DNA from: Thermoplasmata archaeon
Lineage (GTDB): Archaea; Thermoplasmatota; SW-10-69-26; JACQPN01; JAJPHT01
Assembly (NCBI GenBank): GCA_034667685.1
Contig: JAXDQU010000122.1
Location: 1 to 63,721 of the forward strand
Direction of reading: 5' to 3'
Length of the DNA: 63,721 bases
Shown here: positions 54,202 to 62,831 of the stretch, in pieces
Layout of the letters: every line of letters starts with the position of its first letter
How positions within the stretch are numbered: the stretch's first letter is position 1
Made by a program: the position numbers and the translations under genes
Notes under the pieces: generated by a model
What the model saw: only the letters and a program-made list of their open reading frames with translations
Database searches by the model: none
Told to the model about the DNA's origin: nothing

Positions 54202-55039
54202 AGCCGCCCATTGCCAGCCACGCGAAGAGGGCGCTCCACGCCACGAAGAACATCCAGCCCAGGTTGGCGTGCGTCCACTCCAGCGCGTCGGCGCCCCAGC
54301 GCGAGCCCACCAGCGCGAGGACGACGAGGCGCACCACGTTGGCGACGTAGACGCCCAGGAGGCCCGCGGCGCCCCAGAGCAGCCCGCGGCGCCAGCCCGG
54401 CTTCTCGGCGAGGACGAAGACGGCGATCACGCCCATGAAGAGCGCCATCGCCTGGATGCCGCTGCACGCGACCCCGACCTCCAGCGCGAAGGGGCCGCGC
54501 GGCGTGTCGTACGTGATGACCTGGCCCACGACGCTCGGGTGACGGCCCAGGAGGGCGAGCGCGGCGGCCATCGGCGCGAGGAGCGCGTAGCGGATGAACA
54601 GCTCCATCGGCGTCATGCCCGCGACCTGCGCCTTGGCGAGCGCCTGGACGCCCCAGACCAGGAGCGGCGCGCCCACGAGCGCGGTGCCCCAGGCGGTGGC
54701 GTGCGCGACGCGCGGACGCTGCGCGAACGGCGCCGCGGCCACGAGCGCGAGGCCGAGCGCGACGAGCGCGACCTTCGGCGGGTCCCACGCGGCGTGCCGC
54801 AGAAATTGATAGCCCATCATCAGCGCGACGAGGGCGAGCCCGGCCGCGACGAGCGGCGCGCGGGGGAGCGAGGCGACGCGCGGCGGAGGGGCCATGAGCA
54901 GCGCGACGGCGCCCGCGAGCGCGAGCCCGGCGCCCAGCCAGACGCTCTCGTGGGGGACGACGCGCAGGAGGATGAACAGGCCCTCGCCCAGGCTCGCGAG
55001 GCCGAGCAGGGCGAGGACGCGGGCCAGCGTGGCGTTCAT
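54179..55039 (-). CDS. Exosortase/archaeosortase family transpeptidase
   Basis: Polytopic; EVGVACSG (Cys), ANVVR (Arg), WTHANLG (His). Confidence 0.9.
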   Translation of the reverse strand: MNATLARVLALLGLASLGEGLFILLRVVPHESVWLGAGLALAGAVALLMAPPPRVASLPRAPLVAAGLALVALMMGYQFLRHAAWDPPKVALVALGLALVAAAPFAQRPRVAHATAWGTALVGAPLLVWGVQALAKAQVAGMTPMELFIRYALLAPMAAALALLGRHPSVVGQVITYDTPRGPFALEVGVACSGIQAMALFMGVIAVFVLAEKPGWRRGLLWGAAGLLGVYVANVVRLVVLALVGSRWGADALEWTHANLGWMFFVAWSALFAWLAMGGSRRPALP

Positions 55040-55043
55040 GGGA

Positions 55044-55265
55044 TCACGCGCGCCGCGCGAGCAGGCAGCCGGCGGCGACGCCGACCAGGCCCACGAGGCA
55101 GAGGCCGAGGCTCTCCACGAGCGGGACAAGCGTCGGCGAGGGGGGCGGCGCCGGAGGCGCCAGCGCGGCGGCCTGCGTCTCGCACGCATCGCAGCGCGGG
55201 TCGGCGCGGGCGACGGGCGCGAGCAGCAGGAGCGCAAGCAGAGGAAGGATGCGGAGCGGCGCCAC
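55044..55265 (-). CDS. Tiny secreted protein with C-terminal sorting signal (putative sortase substrate)
   Basis: Signal peptide, CDAC, Pro linker, VPLVESLG + TM + ARRA. Confidence 0.75.
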   Translation of the reverse strand: MAPLRILPLLALLLLAPVARADPRCDACETQAAALAPPAPPPSPTLVPLVESLGLCLVGLVGVAAGCLLARRA

Positions 55266-55379
55266 GAGCGGCCGGCCCCTCCGGAGAGCCAGCCGGTTGT
55301 GGTACGTCGCTCCAAGGGTCAGCCGATCAGCGGCGGCGTCCGCGCGGCCCCATCAGAGCCGCGCGGACAAGCCGAACCA

Positions 55380-56030
55380 TCAGGTTCGGCGGCGGAGCAC
55401 GATCGCGCCGACGCTTCCCGCGGCGCCGAGCACGCCCATCACGAGCGAGCCCGTCGAGGGGAAGAAGGGGATCTGCGTCGTGGGCGGCGTGCAATCCTGC
55501 GTGCAGGGCGGAGGCGTGCAATCCTGCGTGCAGGGCGGCGGCGTGCAGTCCACGGTGCACGGCGGGGGCTGGCAGCTCTCCGTGCAGGGCGGCGGCGTCT
55601 GCTCGCACGGATCGACCCAGAAGACCTTCGACTTGGTCTTCGTGCCGTTCTCGTTCTGCGCGGTCACCTTGTAGTGGCCGGCGGGGAGCTGGTAGGCGCC
55701 GTTGAGGAAGTGGTAGTTGCCGTGGCTGTTGCCGCTGTCCGCGCTCCAGTCGAGGCCGGCGCCCGTGGGCGTCACGGTCTGCTTGTTGCCCGTCGGAGGC
55801 CAGGCCTGGAACGTGAGGACGCCGGACGAGTCCTGCATGTTGAAGCCCTCGATCCAGAAGTCGCAGCTCACGTGGGGCTCGTTCCGGGTCTCGGGAGTCG
55901 CGGTCGCGTCGTCGTGGACTTTGATCGTGCCTGCGTTGTTGCCGTTCTTCGGCGCGGCCGCCGCGAAGGGAGCCGCGGTCGCAAGGGCCAGCGCGACCAA
56001 GCCAACGAAGATCAGGGTTCGGGGTGTCAT
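55380..56030 (-). CDS. Secreted protein with Cys/Pro repeat stalk and IPFFPS C-terminal sorting signal
   Basis: Signal peptide; GTIKVH, NEPHVSC, KSKVFWV domain; (PPPCTxxC)x4; IPFFPSTG + TM + RRRT. Confidence 0.85.
   Translation of the reverse strand: MTPRTLIFVGLVALALATAAPFAAAAPKNGNNAGTIKVHDDATATPETRNEPHVSCDFWIEGFNMQDSSGVLTFQAWPPTGNKQTVTPTGAGLDWSADSGNSHGNYHFLNGAYQLPAGHYKVTAQNENGTKTKSKVFWVDPCEQTPPPCTESCQPPPCTVDCTPPPCTQDCTPPPCTQDCTPPTTQIPFFPSTGSLVMGVLGAAGSVGAIVLRRRT
55483..55610 (-). repeat. 27-bp intragenic tandem repeat encoding PPPCTxxC(T/Q)
   Basis: ggcgtgcaatcctgcgtgcagggcgg repeated, about 4 copies. Confidence 0.85.
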
Positions 56031-56160
56031 GGTATCGCGCCGCCAAGCTCTGCAGGATGCTCGGGTTGCTCCTTGTGGAGCGAGGCTGAACGCGTGCGCG
56101 GCTTGCGTGAGGGCTCCGTGAGCCAAACGCTTAAGGCGCGGCCCTGGCTGGTTTCGCCCG

Positions 56161-58971
56161 ATGCCCGACGAGGACGAAGCCCCTCAGTCCGACCCCGCGA
56201 TCCAGGCCATGGAGGAGAAGTGGCTGGCCTTCTGGGAGGAGCAGGGCGTCTACCGCTTCGATCCGCGCTCGGCGAAGCCCGTCTTCAGCATCGACACGCC
56301 CCCGCCCACCGTGAGCGGGCGCATGCACATCGGGCACGCGTACAGCTACAACCAGATGGACTTCACCGCGCGCTATCAGCGCATGCGCGGGCACAACCTG
56401 TTCTATCCGTTCGGGTTCGACGACAACGGCCTGCCCACCGAGCGCTACACGGAGAAGGCCGTGGGCAAGAAGCTCAGCGACGTGGGCCGCCAGGAGTTCA
56501 TCCGGCTCTGCCTCGCGGAGACGAAGAAGGGCGAGGCGGAGATGGAGCGCTCGTGGCGCCGCATCGGCACCTCGTGCGACTGGAGCCTCGTCTACCGCAC
56601 CATCGACAAGCCCGTGCAGAAGGTCAGCCAGGAGTCGTTCCTCGCGCTGCTCCACGACGGCCGCGTCTACCGCGCCGAGCGCCCGACGATCTGGTGCCCC
56701 GACTGCGCCACCGCGATCGCGCAGGCGGAGATCGAGGACCGCATGCTGCCCAGCACGTTCAACGACATCAGTTTCGACCTGATGGACGATCATGGCCACG
56801 GCATGGCACGGGCCGGCCACGAGCATCTCGTGAAGCGCACGATGGTGCCCGGCCCCGAGGCGAACTCCAAGCCCCGCGAGGTCGTCACCTACCAGCAGGG
56901 CGCCGAGAGCAAGATCGTGATCTCCACGACGCGCCCCGAGCTGATCCCGGCGTGCGTGGCCATCTTCGTCCACCCGGACGACGAGCGCACGCGCCACCTC
57001 ATCGGCAAGAACGTCCGCGTGCCCATCGGGGGCCACATCGTCCCGATCCTCACCTCCGACAAGGTGGACAAGGAGACCGGCACGGGCGTCGTCATGAACT
57101 GCACGTTCGGCGACCAGGTGGACATCGAGTGGTGGCAGGCCAACAAGCTGCCGCTGCGCGTCGTGGTCGGCCCCAAGGGAACGATGACCGACGCCGCGGG
57201 CAAGTACGCGGGCCAGAGCATCCCGCACGCCCGCGAGCACGTCCTCCAGGATCTCAACCGCGAGGGGCGCCTGCTCGCGCAGAAGCACATCGAGCACGCC
57301 GTGGGCGTCCACGAGCGCTGCGGCACACCCATCGAGTTCCTCGTCACCAAGCAGTGGTTCGTGAAATATCTCGATACGAGGGGCGACTTCCTCGCCGACG
57401 GCGAGAAGGTCGCCTGGCACCCGCCGTACATGAAGACGCGGTACGACAACTGGGTGAAGGGCCTGAAGTGGGACTGGTGCATCTCGCGCCAGCGCTACTT
57501 CGGCGTGCCGTTCCCCGTATGGTACTGCGAGAGCTGCCACGAGCCGCGCACGGCCGGCGTGGACGAGCTGCCCGTCGATCCCACCGTGGACAAGCCGAAG
57601 GGCGCGTGCGCCAAGTGCGGCGGGATGGCGTTCCGCGGCGAGACCGACGTCATGGACACGTGGGCCACCAGCAGCCTCACGCCGCAGATCGCCATCCTCG
57701 CGGCGGCCGAGCGCATGGGCGTGCCGAACGCGCGCCTCGCTGATATCAACACGAACCCGCGCCTCGCGGCCATGCTGCCGATGGACGTGCGCCCGCAGGC
57801 CCACGAGATCATCTCGTTCTGGGCGTTCAACACCATCGTCAAGGCGCGCTTCCACCACGGGAAGATCCCGTGGAAGCACGCGCAGATCAGCGGCTTCGTG
57901 AAGCTCGGCAAGGGCAAGAAGATGAGCAAGTCGAAGGGCGACATCGTGGAGCCCCTCGACGTGATCCGCGACTACTCGGGCGACGCGCTGCGCTACTGGA
58001 GCGCCACCGGCGCGAACCTGGGCGAGGATATCATCTGGAACCCGAAGGAGCTGACGCGCGCGATGCGGCTCGTGACCAAGCTGCGCAACCTCGAAGGGTT
58101 CATCGCCAAAGGCTTGGGCACGGAGAAGCCCGCGGCCGTCCCGTGGGAGAAGCTGCCGCTCGTCGACCAGTGGGTGCTCGCCGAGTTCGCCGAGGTCGTG
58201 CGGAGCGCCACCGAAGGGTGGAACGGCTACGACTATACCAAGGCGGTCAAGGAGACCGAGCACTTCCTCTGGCACACGCTCGCGGACCACTACGTCGAGC
58301 TGGCGAAGCACCGCCTCTACGCCGGCGACCCGGCCGCGCGCCACACGCTCTACACCGTGGGCCTGGGCGTGCTCAAGATGATGGCGCCCGTGCTCTGCTT
58401 CGCGACGGAGGACCTCTACCAGGAGATCTACCGCAAGCACGAGGGCGACGTCTCGATCCACGTGAGCCCTTGGCCGCACGCGCCGCGCGTGGACAAGGAA
58501 GCGCTGGAACTGGGCGGTCACGTGCGCGACGTCGTGGCGGCGATCCGCAACTGGAAGAGCCAGTCCAAGATGGCGCTCAACCAGGAGCTTCCGGCCGTCG
58601 AGGTCGTGGCGCCTCCGTTGGTGCGCGACGCGCTGGCCCGTGGCAAGAACGACATCATGGGCACGACCAAGGTCGCCGACGTGCGCTTCGCGGACGCCAA
58701 GGACATCCAGATGGTGCCCTACGCCGTGGAGCCCGTGCACGCCAAGATCGGGCCGCGCTATCGCCAGAACGCCAAGGCGGTGGGCGACGCGATCCGGGCT
58801 CTGGATCCCGCCAAGGTCGAGCCGCAGAACGTGGTGGTCCACCTCGCCGATGGCACGAGCGTGAGGCTCCAGCCCGACGAGATCGAGATCAAGTCGCGCC
58901 CGACGCTGCACGGCGCGGCCGTCGAGGCGCTCGAGGTGGGCCCCGTCACGCTGCTGCTGCGGAAGGCGTGA
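56161..58971 (+). CDS. valS: Valyl-tRNA synthetase (archaeal type)
   Basis: DTPPPTVSG, HIGH, DDNGLPTE, TTRPEL, WDWCISRQRYFG, RPQAHEII, KMSKSKG. Confidence 0.96.
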   Translation: MPDEDEAPQSDPAIQAMEEKWLAFWEEQGVYRFDPRSAKPVFSIDTPPPTVSGRMHIGHAYSYNQMDFTARYQRMRGHNLFYPFGFDDNGLPTERYTEKAVGKKLSDVGRQEFIRLCLAETKKGEAEMERSWRRIGTSCDWSLVYRTIDKPVQKVSQESFLALLHDGRVYRAERPTIWCPDCATAIAQAEIEDRMLPSTFNDISFDLMDDHGHGMARAGHEHLVKRTMVPGPEANSKPREVVTYQQGAESKIVISTTRPELIPACVAIFVHPDDERTRHLIGKNVRVPIGGHIVPILTSDKVDKETGTGVVMNCTFGDQVDIEWWQANKLPLRVVVGPKGTMTDAAGKYAGQSIPHAREHVLQDLNREGRLLAQKHIEHAVGVHERCGTPIEFLVTKQWFVKYLDTRGDFLADGEKVAWHPPYMKTRYDNWVKGLKWDWCISRQRYFGVPFPVWYCESCHEPRTAGVDELPVDPTVDKPKGACAKCGGMAFRGETDVMDTWATSSLTPQIAILAAAERMGVPNARLADINTNPRLAAMLPMDVRPQAHEIISFWAFNTIVKARFHHGKIPWKHAQISGFVKLGKGKKMSKSKGDIVEPLDVIRDYSGDALRYWSATGANLGEDIIWNPKELTRAMRLVTKLRNLEGFIAKGLGTEKPAAVPWEKLPLVDQWVLAEFAEVVRSATEGWNGYDYTKAVKETEHFLWHTLADHYVELAKHRLYAGDPAARHTLYTVGLGVLKMMAPVLCFATEDLYQEIYRKHEGDVSIHVSPWPHAPRVDKEALELGGHVRDVVAAIRNWKSQSKMALNQELPAVEVVAPPLVRDALARGKNDIMGTTKVADVRFADAKDIQMVPYAVEPVHAKIGPRYRQNAKAVGDAIRALDPAKVEPQNVVVHLADGTSVRLQPDEIEIKSRPTLHGAAVEALEVGPVTLLLRKA

Positions 58972-60180
58972 TCAGCGCGCCGTGGAAAGGGCGCCGGCGT
59001 ACGCCTCCGCATCCCGGCCGGCGCGTCGCGCGTCCTTGAGCTGGATCATGAAGCGGCAGCTCGGATCGCCCCGCGACTCGCACGTGACCTCCGCGCCGGG
59101 CGCGGGCAGGCCCCCGTTCACGCGGCTCACGACGCCGCTGAGGAACCCGAGCGCGAGGTGGCACGTCGTGGAGCGCGCGCCCGGCGACCGCTCGAAGAGG
59201 TTCTCCCCGTCGAAGACGTAGCGGCGCCCCTGCTCCTCCTCGAGGTGGAGCGTGCCCAGCCCCATCTCCTCATAGGCGCGGCAGAATGCGTCGACGTCGT
59301 TCGCCTCGCCCTCCATCGCCAGCTCCTGGCCCAGCCGGAGCAGCACGCTCGCCTGGGCGCCCGTCATCTCGAAGACGCTCAGCAGGATCTTCTTCACGAG
59401 CGGACGCGCGACGCGCGAGGAGACGAGGGCCGCCTCGGCCCGCTTGCGCTCGGTGACGTCGTGGGCGACGGCATAGACGACGCCATGCGCCTGCGAGCGG
59501 ACCGCCACGCAGAGCAGCCAGCGCGTCGAGCCGTCGGCGCACGCGAACCGGCACTCGACGGGCTCCGCGGCCTCGCCCAAGGCCTGCATCCGCATCGTCG
59601 CCTCCAGGCGCAGGCGGTCCTCCGGATGGACGAGGTCGAGGACGGGCCGCGCGAGGAGCTGCTGCGTCGAGTAGCCCAGCGTGCGCTCCCACGCCGGGTT
59701 GAGGAGCTTGAAGCGGCCATCCTCCCCGATGATCGCGAGCATGTCGAGCGAGAGCTGGAAGAAGCCGTCGCGCTCCTCCTCGGCGCGCGTCCGCGTGAGC
59801 CGCTCTCGCCGCTCCTGGATCGCGCGATCCACCGCGCCCGCGAGCAGGCCGAGGCGGTCCTTCGGCACGTAGCCCACCGCGCCCCGCTGCATCGCGGCGA
59901 CCACCGCCTCCTCGCCGATCTGCCCCGAGACGATGATGACCGGGACGTCGGCGCCCGCCCTGCGCAGGGTCTCGATCACGGCGTGGGAGCTCAGCCGCGG
60001 AAGGGAGTGGTCGACCAGCGCGACGTCCCAGCGCGCGTCGCGGAGCGCGGCCAGAAGCCCCGGCTCGTCCTCGACGCGGGTCCACGCCACCTCGTGGCCG
60101 GCGCGCCGGAGCGCGAGCGCCGCAAGCTCCGCGTCGTCGCGCGAGTCCTCGACGATCAGGACGTTCAGCGCGGGGCCCAC
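58972..60180 (-). CDS. Response regulator with REC-PAS-V4R architecture
   Basis: LIVEDS..D, VD..LP, SG, K; PAS NPAWERTLGY/VHPED/HDVTERK; V4R CHLALGFLSG...EVTC...GDPSCRF. Confidence 0.88.
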   Translation of the reverse strand: MGPALNVLIVEDSRDDAELAALALRRAGHEVAWTRVEDEPGLLAALRDARWDVALVDHSLPRLSSHAVIETLRRAGADVPVIIVSGQIGEEAVVAAMQRGAVGYVPKDRLGLLAGAVDRAIQERRERLTRTRAEEERDGFFQLSLDMLAIIGEDGRFKLLNPAWERTLGYSTQQLLARPVLDLVHPEDRLRLEATMRMQALGEAAEPVECRFACADGSTRWLLCVAVRSQAHGVVYAVAHDVTERKRAEAALVSSRVARPLVKKILLSVFEMTGAQASVLLRLGQELAMEGEANDVDAFCRAYEEMGLGTLHLEEEQGRRYVFDGENLFERSPGARSTTCHLALGFLSGVVSRVNGGLPAPGAEVTCESRGDPSCRFMIQLKDARRAGRDAEAYAGALSTAR

Positions 60181-60182
60181 GC

Positions 60183-60626
60183 TCAGACGCTCCGGTGGAG
60201 GGCTGGCGGCGGGCTCTCGTTGAGGACGAGCCAGTAGAGGCCAAGCTGCTTGACGGCCTCCATGAACTGCGCGAAGTCCACCGGCTTCTGGATGTAGCTG
60301 TTCGCGCCGAGGCTGTAGCTGCGCACGACATCGGCCTCCTCCCGCGAGGAGGTCAGGACCACGACGGGCAAGAGCCGGGTCGAGGGCGCGCCGCGGATCC
60401 TCCGAAGCACGTCGAGCCCGTCGACCTTGGGCAGCTTGAGATCGAGGAGGACGAGCGAGGGGAGCGGCGCCTCGTCGCCCCGGCCGAAGAGGTAATCGAC
60501 GGCCTTGGCGCCGTCCTGCATGACGACGATCTCGTTCGCGATGTGGTTCCTCTTGAAAGCTCGGAGGGTCAACTCGACGTCGTCGGGGTTGTCCTCCACG
60601 AGCAGGACGATGCTGGGCTCATTCAT
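60183..60626 (-). CDS. Single-domain response regulator (Rcp1-like)
   Basis: LLVEDNPDD, LLDLKLPKVDG, LTSS, GANSYIQKPV, LGLYWL. Confidence 0.93.
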   Translation of the reverse strand: MNEPSIVLLVEDNPDDVELTLRAFKRNHIANEIVVMQDGAKAVDYLFGRGDEAPLPSLVLLDLKLPKVDGLDVLRRIRGAPSTRLLPVVVLTSSREEADVVRSYSLGANSYIQKPVDFAQFMEAVKQLGLYWLVLNESPPPALHRSV

Positions 60627-62322
60627 GCGGGTCCTCCGTGGGATCGTACTCGTTGAGCGTGAAGAAGAACGTCGAGCCGCGCTCGATCGCGCCGCGGGCC
60701 CAGACCGACCCGCCGTGCTGGCGGATGACGCGTTGCACGGTGGCGAGGCCGATGCCCGTCCCCTCGAACTCGTCGGACGTGTGCAGGCGCTGGAACGCGC
60801 CGAAGAGCTTGCCGGCATAGGCCATGTCGAAGCCCGCGCCGTCGTCGCGCACGTGGTAGATGGTGCGTCCCCGCTGGACCTCCGCGCCGAACTCGATGCG
60901 CGCCCGCTCGTGCTTCGACGTGAACTTCCACGCATTGCCCAGGAGGTTCTGGAGCGCGAGCTGGAGCAGGCGCGCGTCGCCCCTGACCGCGAGCCCCTCG
61001 GCGACCACCGCATCCACGTCGCGCTCCGGCGAGGCCGCGCGCAGCTCGCCGACGATCGCGCGCGCCATCGCGCTCAGGTCGACCGGCTCGCGCGCGAGCG
61101 GGGCGCGCGTCACGCGCGAGAGCGTGAGCAGGTCGTCGATGAGCCGCGCCATGCGCTGGCTCGCTTTGCGCACGCGCTGGAGGTAGTCGAGGCCACGCTC
61201 GTCGAGCTTGCCGCCGTAGTCCTCGATGAGCGCGTGGCTGAAGCCGTCGAGGCTCCGCAAGGGAGCGCGCAGGTCGTGCGAGACCGAGTAGCTGAACGCC
61301 TCCAGCTCGCGGTTCGCGCCGCGCAGGGCCGCGGTGCGCTGCCGGACCGTCTCCTCGAGGTGCTCGCGGTGCGCGTCGAGCTCCGCCTCGACGCGCTTGC
61401 GCTCGCTGATGTCCTTGAGCGTGATGACGCTCCCGATCGCGACGCCCCCCTTCGCGATGGGCGTGCTCACCCATTCCGCCGGGATCGCGGAGCCATCTCG
61501 CGCGCGCACGAGCAGGGTCTCGCCCCGGTGCACGCTCTGGTCGCTCCGCGAGCGCGCGTTCGAGAAGGGGTCGGGCCGGTCGCCGCCCGGCTTGACGAAC
61601 TCGGCGAGCTCGCGCCCGCGCAGCCCCGCGTCCTCCGCGCGCAGGAGCGTCGCCGCGACGGGGTTGGCGAAGATGACCCGCCCGTCCGCCCCGACGCCGA
61701 CGATGCCGTCGCCCGCCGATTCGAGGACGAGCGAGGTGCGCGAGCGCGCCTCCTCGGCGACCTTCCACCCCGCGAGGAGCGCGGCGCTCTCGGCGAACAC
61801 GAACGCGGCATGGATCGCGGCCCACTTCCAGGGGTGCGCGATCGCGTCGGGATGGTTGTAGACCCACGCGGGGAAGAGCGTCCCGATCGCGCCGTGATCG
61901 ACCGCGACGTAGACGACCGCGAGCAGGAAGGGCGCCCAGTCCTGGTAGAGCGACACGACGGCGAGCACCACGAAGAAGTGGAAGTGCGCCTCGATGTAGC
62001 CGCCCGAGAACTGCACGAGGATCGCCGAGGCGGTCACGAGCGCGAGCGAGGCGGCGCAGCAGCGGAAGCGCCGCGATAGCTTTTCCCAGGACGCGACGAG
62101 GCCGATCAGCGCGACGAGCCCGCCCTCGGCCCCGGCCTGAAGCGGCGCGTAGCCGCGGTAGAGCCCGAACGCCACGAGCCCCGCGGCGTGGAGCCAGACG
62201 AGGACGAGGATCCCGGCGTGGCGCAGGTCCCAGTCCTGCGCGGGGAGCTCTCTCCCCTCGGGAAGCCATCGGGCGAAGGCCCACGATGGGGTCGCCCGGG
62301 TCGCGAGCGAAGCAGAAGGCAT
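60619..62322 (-). CDS. Membrane PAS sensor histidine kinase
   Basis: TM region with IEAHFHFF/DHG; PAS; SHDLRAPLR (H-box), NLLGNAWKF, DDGAGF, FQRLH, GTGIGLA. Confidence 0.93.
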   Translation of the reverse strand: MPSASLATRATPSWAFARWLPEGRELPAQDWDLRHAGILVLVWLHAAGLVAFGLYRGYAPLQAGAEGGLVALIGLVASWEKLSRRFRCCAASLALVTASAILVQFSGGYIEAHFHFFVVLAVVSLYQDWAPFLLAVVYVAVDHGAIGTLFPAWVYNHPDAIAHPWKWAAIHAAFVFAESAALLAGWKVAEEARSRTSLVLESAGDGIVGVGADGRVIFANPVAATLLRAEDAGLRGRELAEFVKPGGDRPDPFSNARSRSDQSVHRGETLLVRARDGSAIPAEWVSTPIAKGGVAIGSVITLKDISERKRVEAELDAHREHLEETVRQRTAALRGANRELEAFSYSVSHDLRAPLRSLDGFSHALIEDYGGKLDERGLDYLQRVRKASQRMARLIDDLLTLSRVTRAPLAREPVDLSAMARAIVGELRAASPERDVDAVVAEGLAVRGDARLLQLALQNLLGNAWKFTSKHERARIEFGAEVQRGRTIYHVRDDGAGFDMAYAGKLFGAFQRLHTSDEFEGTGIGLATVQRVIRQHGGSVWARGAIERGSTFFFTLNEYDPTEDPHE

Positions 62323-62425
62323 GATCGTCCGGTCTAACCTGCGGCCACCCGATACGTCTGGCGGCGATCGGGCGCTTGCACGCTTCCGGCAGCCGCATGA
62401 CGTTGCGCGACGCATCGGTGGTGGC

Positions 62426-62830
62426 ATGGACGCGACCTCGCGCGCGGAGCGGGTCGCGGCGTTCCTGTCGCTGGGCGCGGGGCTCGTCCACGGGGGGCTG
62501 GGGCCCGAGCACTTCGCGGAGTGGTGGGGGTACGGGGCGTTCTTCGCGGCCGCGGCGACCGCGCAGATCCTTTTCGGCCTGGCGCTCCTGACGCATGCGA
62601 CCGGCACCCTGGAGGAGGAGCGCCCGTGGATCCGCCGCGCCGTCCGCGCCGCGGGCATCGCCGGCAACGCGCTCATCCTCGCGCTCTACGTCACGACGCG
62701 CGTGGTCGGCATCCCGCTCTTCGGCCCCCAGGCCGGCACGGTGGAGCCCGTCGCGCCCCTCGACGTCGTCGCCGCGACCGCGGAGACGGCGCTGATCGCG
62801 ATCTTGGCCTACCTCCTGGCCAAGCGCTGA
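62426..62830 (+). CDS. Hypothetical 4-TM membrane protein
   Basis: AGLVH...PEHFAEWWGYGAFF, TRVVGIP, EPV..LD. Confidence 0.75.
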   Translation: MDATSRAERVAAFLSLGAGLVHGGLGPEHFAEWWGYGAFFAAAATAQILFGLALLTHATGTLEEERPWIRRAVRAAGIAGNALILALYVTTRVVGIPLFGPQAGTVEPVAPLDVVAATAETALIAILAYLLAKR

Positions 62831-62831
62831 C

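Noticed and set aside
56776-56910. Intein in ValRS
   Set aside because: Too short and lacks the N-terminal Cys/Ser and C-terminal His-Asn splice motifs
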